Positions 62,046 to 64,000 of a stretch of 64,000 nt of DNA are shown piece by piece. The stretch covers positions 64,001 to 128,000 of the forward strand of contig CAWGSK010000015.1 in the NCBI GenBank assembly GCA_963825055.1, given 5' to 3'. Numbering within the stretch: position 1 is the first letter of the stretch; the number at the start of each line of letters is the position of its first letter. This stretch comes from an uncultured Gemmatimonadales bacterium (GTDB lineage: Bacteria; Gemmatimonadota; Gemmatimonadetes; Gemmatimonadales; GWC2-71-9). The notes under the pieces were generated by a model. It was not told the origin of the DNA, made no database searches, and worked only from the letters and a program-made list of their open reading frames with translations. The position numbers and the translations under genes are program-made.

Positions 62046-62810
62046 ATGCGCACTCTTCCGATGTTCGCCGCAGGACTTCTCTGCGGCACTGTTCTCCTCA
62101 CCGCCGGCTGCGACAAGAGCGACAGCGGCACTGTCACCACCAGGACAGACCGCGGCAGCAATACGGCGATGAACGCCGGGATGGCCGAGGAACGCAACCT
62201 GGCCATGGTCCGGGTGGTGAACGCCATGCCGGGCCGTGCTGTCGATATCTACGCCAACGACTCGTCTGCCTTCAGCAACGTCGGCTTCCGCACCGTGACC
62301 GACTGGAAGCAGATGCCTGACAATACGTTCGATTTCAAGGTCGCCATGCCGGGTGGTTCCCCCGAGGCGGCCATGGGCGACAACCACGAGAAACTGGGCC
62401 AGGGCGAGCACTACACCATCATCGCCATGGCCGATGAAGGTGGTCCCGACCGCGCCAATCTCCGCGTGCTGCAGGATGACCTGCACCCCGTCGCGGCCGA
62501 CAAGGCCCGGATACGGGTCATCCACGCCGTTGCCGGCGCGCCCGAGGTGGATGTTTTCATCAAGGGACAGAAGGACGCGATCTTCTCCGGCATCAATTTC
62601 CGGAACGAGGCGGGCTGGAAGGATGTTGACCCGGCCGGTGGGACTCTCGAGATCCGGCCGGAAGGCAAGGCCACGGTCCTGGCCAGCATTCCGGGCGTGA
62701 ACCTGCAGGCCGGCCGGAGCTACACCTACGTGGTGACCGGCACCCCGGCGAAAATGCAGGTGATCCCGTTCGTGGACGTGGTGGAAGCGACGCCTGATTC
62801 AGCGATGTGA
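62046..62810 (+). CDS. DUF4397-like lipoprotein
   Basis: Lipobox LTAGC; repeats VRVVNAMPG / IRVIHAVAGAPEVD. Confidence 0.82.
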   Translation: MRTLPMFAAGLLCGTVLLTAGCDKSDSGTVTTRTDRGSNTAMNAGMAEERNLAMVRVVNAMPGRAVDIYANDSSAFSNVGFRTVTDWKQMPDNTFDFKVAMPGGSPEAAMGDNHEKLGQGEHYTIIAMADEGGPDRANLRVLQDDLHPVAADKARIRVIHAVAGAPEVDVFIKGQKDAIFSGINFRNEAGWKDVDPAGGTLEIRPEGKATVLASIPGVNLQAGRSYTYVVTGTPAKMQVIPFVDVVEATPDSAM

Positions 62811-62915
62811 GGGACAGTGAGCAGGGAGTAGGGAGTAGTGTGTGAAGGGTGGCACCGGTCTCCGAATGCCACCCCCAGCACTACCACCCCCTGCTCCCTG
62901 CTTCCTACCGCCCGC
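62810..62915. repeat. G-rich heptamers, hairpin, C-rich heptamers between convergent genes
   Basis: GGGAGTA units, GGGTGGCA…TGCCACCC stem, CCCTGCT units. Confidence 0.7.
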
Positions 62916-64000
62916 TCCCCACCCTCTTCTCCCCCGCTTCCTCGAACTCCGATCCCTTCTTCCACGTGGGTTGCCGCTCGGCGCCGGCAGTGGCAGCGGC
63001 CGCCCGGACGATCACGCGGAGCTGCTGGACTGCTCCGTCCATGGTGAACCAGAGCAGGATCTCGTCCGCCGGCTGGTGATAGCGGTCGGCGGTGTACGCG
63101 TTGGACTGCTCCCGGCCCCAGCCCTTCGGCCGGCCCACGAAGGTCGTGCCGCTCTCCAGTGAGATTGCGGGGACGCCGGCCTTGGCGAAGGGGAAGTGGT
63201 CGGAACGGAAGAAGCTCCCCTGGAGCAGGGCATCCTCGTTGGTCACCACTTCGAGCCCCTCGGCTTTCGCCGCCACCCGGAACGCGTCGCCCAGGGTGCT
63301 CTGGTCCAGGCCAAGCGCCGAGATATCCGTGGTCCGGCCGTACAGGTTCATCACGTCCATGTTGAACACGGCCGCAAGATTGCGAAGCGGCAGCGTGGGC
63401 TTGGCGGCAAACGCCTCGGAGCCCAGGAGCCCGGATTCCTCCGCGCCGAATGCCATGAACAGGATAGACCGCGGAAAGGATGCACCGCTCCGCACGAAAG
63501 CTTCGGCAGCGGTGAGTACCGCCGCTGTGCCGGAGGCGTTGTCCTCCGCGCCGTTGTAGATCGAGTCCCCGTTGACCGGTGCGCGCACCCCGAGGTGGTC
63601 ATAGTGCCCGCCGAGCAGGACCGCCTGGTCTGCGAGCGGCCCGGAACCGGGAAGGCGACCCACCACGTTGACCGTGCGGGAGCGGACGACGTCGCTCCGG
63701 ACGGTGGCATCGACCGATACCCCGAGCGGCATCGGCTTGAATCCCCTGCGGCCTGCCCGGCGGGAAAGGGCGTCCAGGTCGCCACCGCCCTGCTTCACGA
63801 GGGAGCCCGCGACGTCGTGCGTCAGCCAGCCGGCGACGACGAGCGAGGTGGCCGGGGATTCCAGGCGGACCTGCGCCCCGGTCCAGGAGGATGCGACGGT
63901 GCTCCACGGATAAGTGGCGCTTTCGGTGGTATGGACCATGAGGATCCCCGCGGCGCCCTGCCGGGCGGCCTCCTCGATCTTGTAGGTCCAGCGGCCGTAA
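62905..64000 (-). CDS. M28 family peptidase (5' end lies outside the window)
   Basis: GHYDHLG, NGAEDNASG, AEESGLLGS, NMD, RSDHFPF, YHQPAD. Confidence 0.9.
   Translation of the reverse strand, partial: YGRWTYKIEEAARQGAAGILMVHTTESATYPWSTVASSWTGAQVRLESPATSLVVAGWLTHDVAGSLVKQGGGDLDALSRRAGRRGFKPMPLGVSVDATVRSDVVRSRTVNVVGRLPGSGPLADQAVLLGGHYDHLGVRAPVNGDSIYNGAEDNASGTAAVLTAAEAFVRSGASFPRSILFMAFGAEESGLLGSEAFAAKPTLPLRNLAAVFNMDVMNLYGRTTDISALGLDQSTLGDAFRVAAKAEGLEVVTNEDALLQGSFFRSDHFPFAKAGVPAISLESGTTFVGRPKGWGREQSNAYTADRYHQPADEILLWFTMDGAVQQLRVIVRAAAATAGAERQPTWKKGSEFEEAGEKRVGSGR

Overview
High-GC bacterial chromosomal window of about 55 genes. Gene content (Kgd-type sucA, several Hanks-type Ser/Thr kinases, DUF4397 lipoproteins, outer-membrane porin) suggests a diderm such as Gemmatimonadota; this is inference only. 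Mostly housekeeping and metabolic genes: sucA/kgd, lhr-nei, glpD, fadI-fadJ, pepE, a short rho, rsgA, a fused 2-oxoacid dehydrogenase E1, lon and a MacAB-like exporter. No rRNA, tRNA, CRISPR array or transposase was recognised. Most interesting: (1) an uncharacterised envelope operon (porin, His-motif 4TM protein, degenerate FMN-binding-like protein) preceded by a Cys/His/Met-rich leader ORF ending in TPPPR, resembling copper-sensing DUF2946/CruR/CutF-type uORFs; (2) an ergothioneine locus (egtB-egtD-egtA, no egtC/egtE) divergent from a flavin disulfide reductase and a betaine-type ABC importer; (3) a recurrent intergenic architecture of inward-pointing G-rich 7-9-mer tandem arrays, often around a hairpin; (4) an active/inactive M14 peptidase pair; (5) a TrmB regulator coupled to an Hpt-REC-GGDEF cyclase. 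Product calls come from motif recognition by eye, with no database searches; start codons were often moved downstream of the ORF-track starts.
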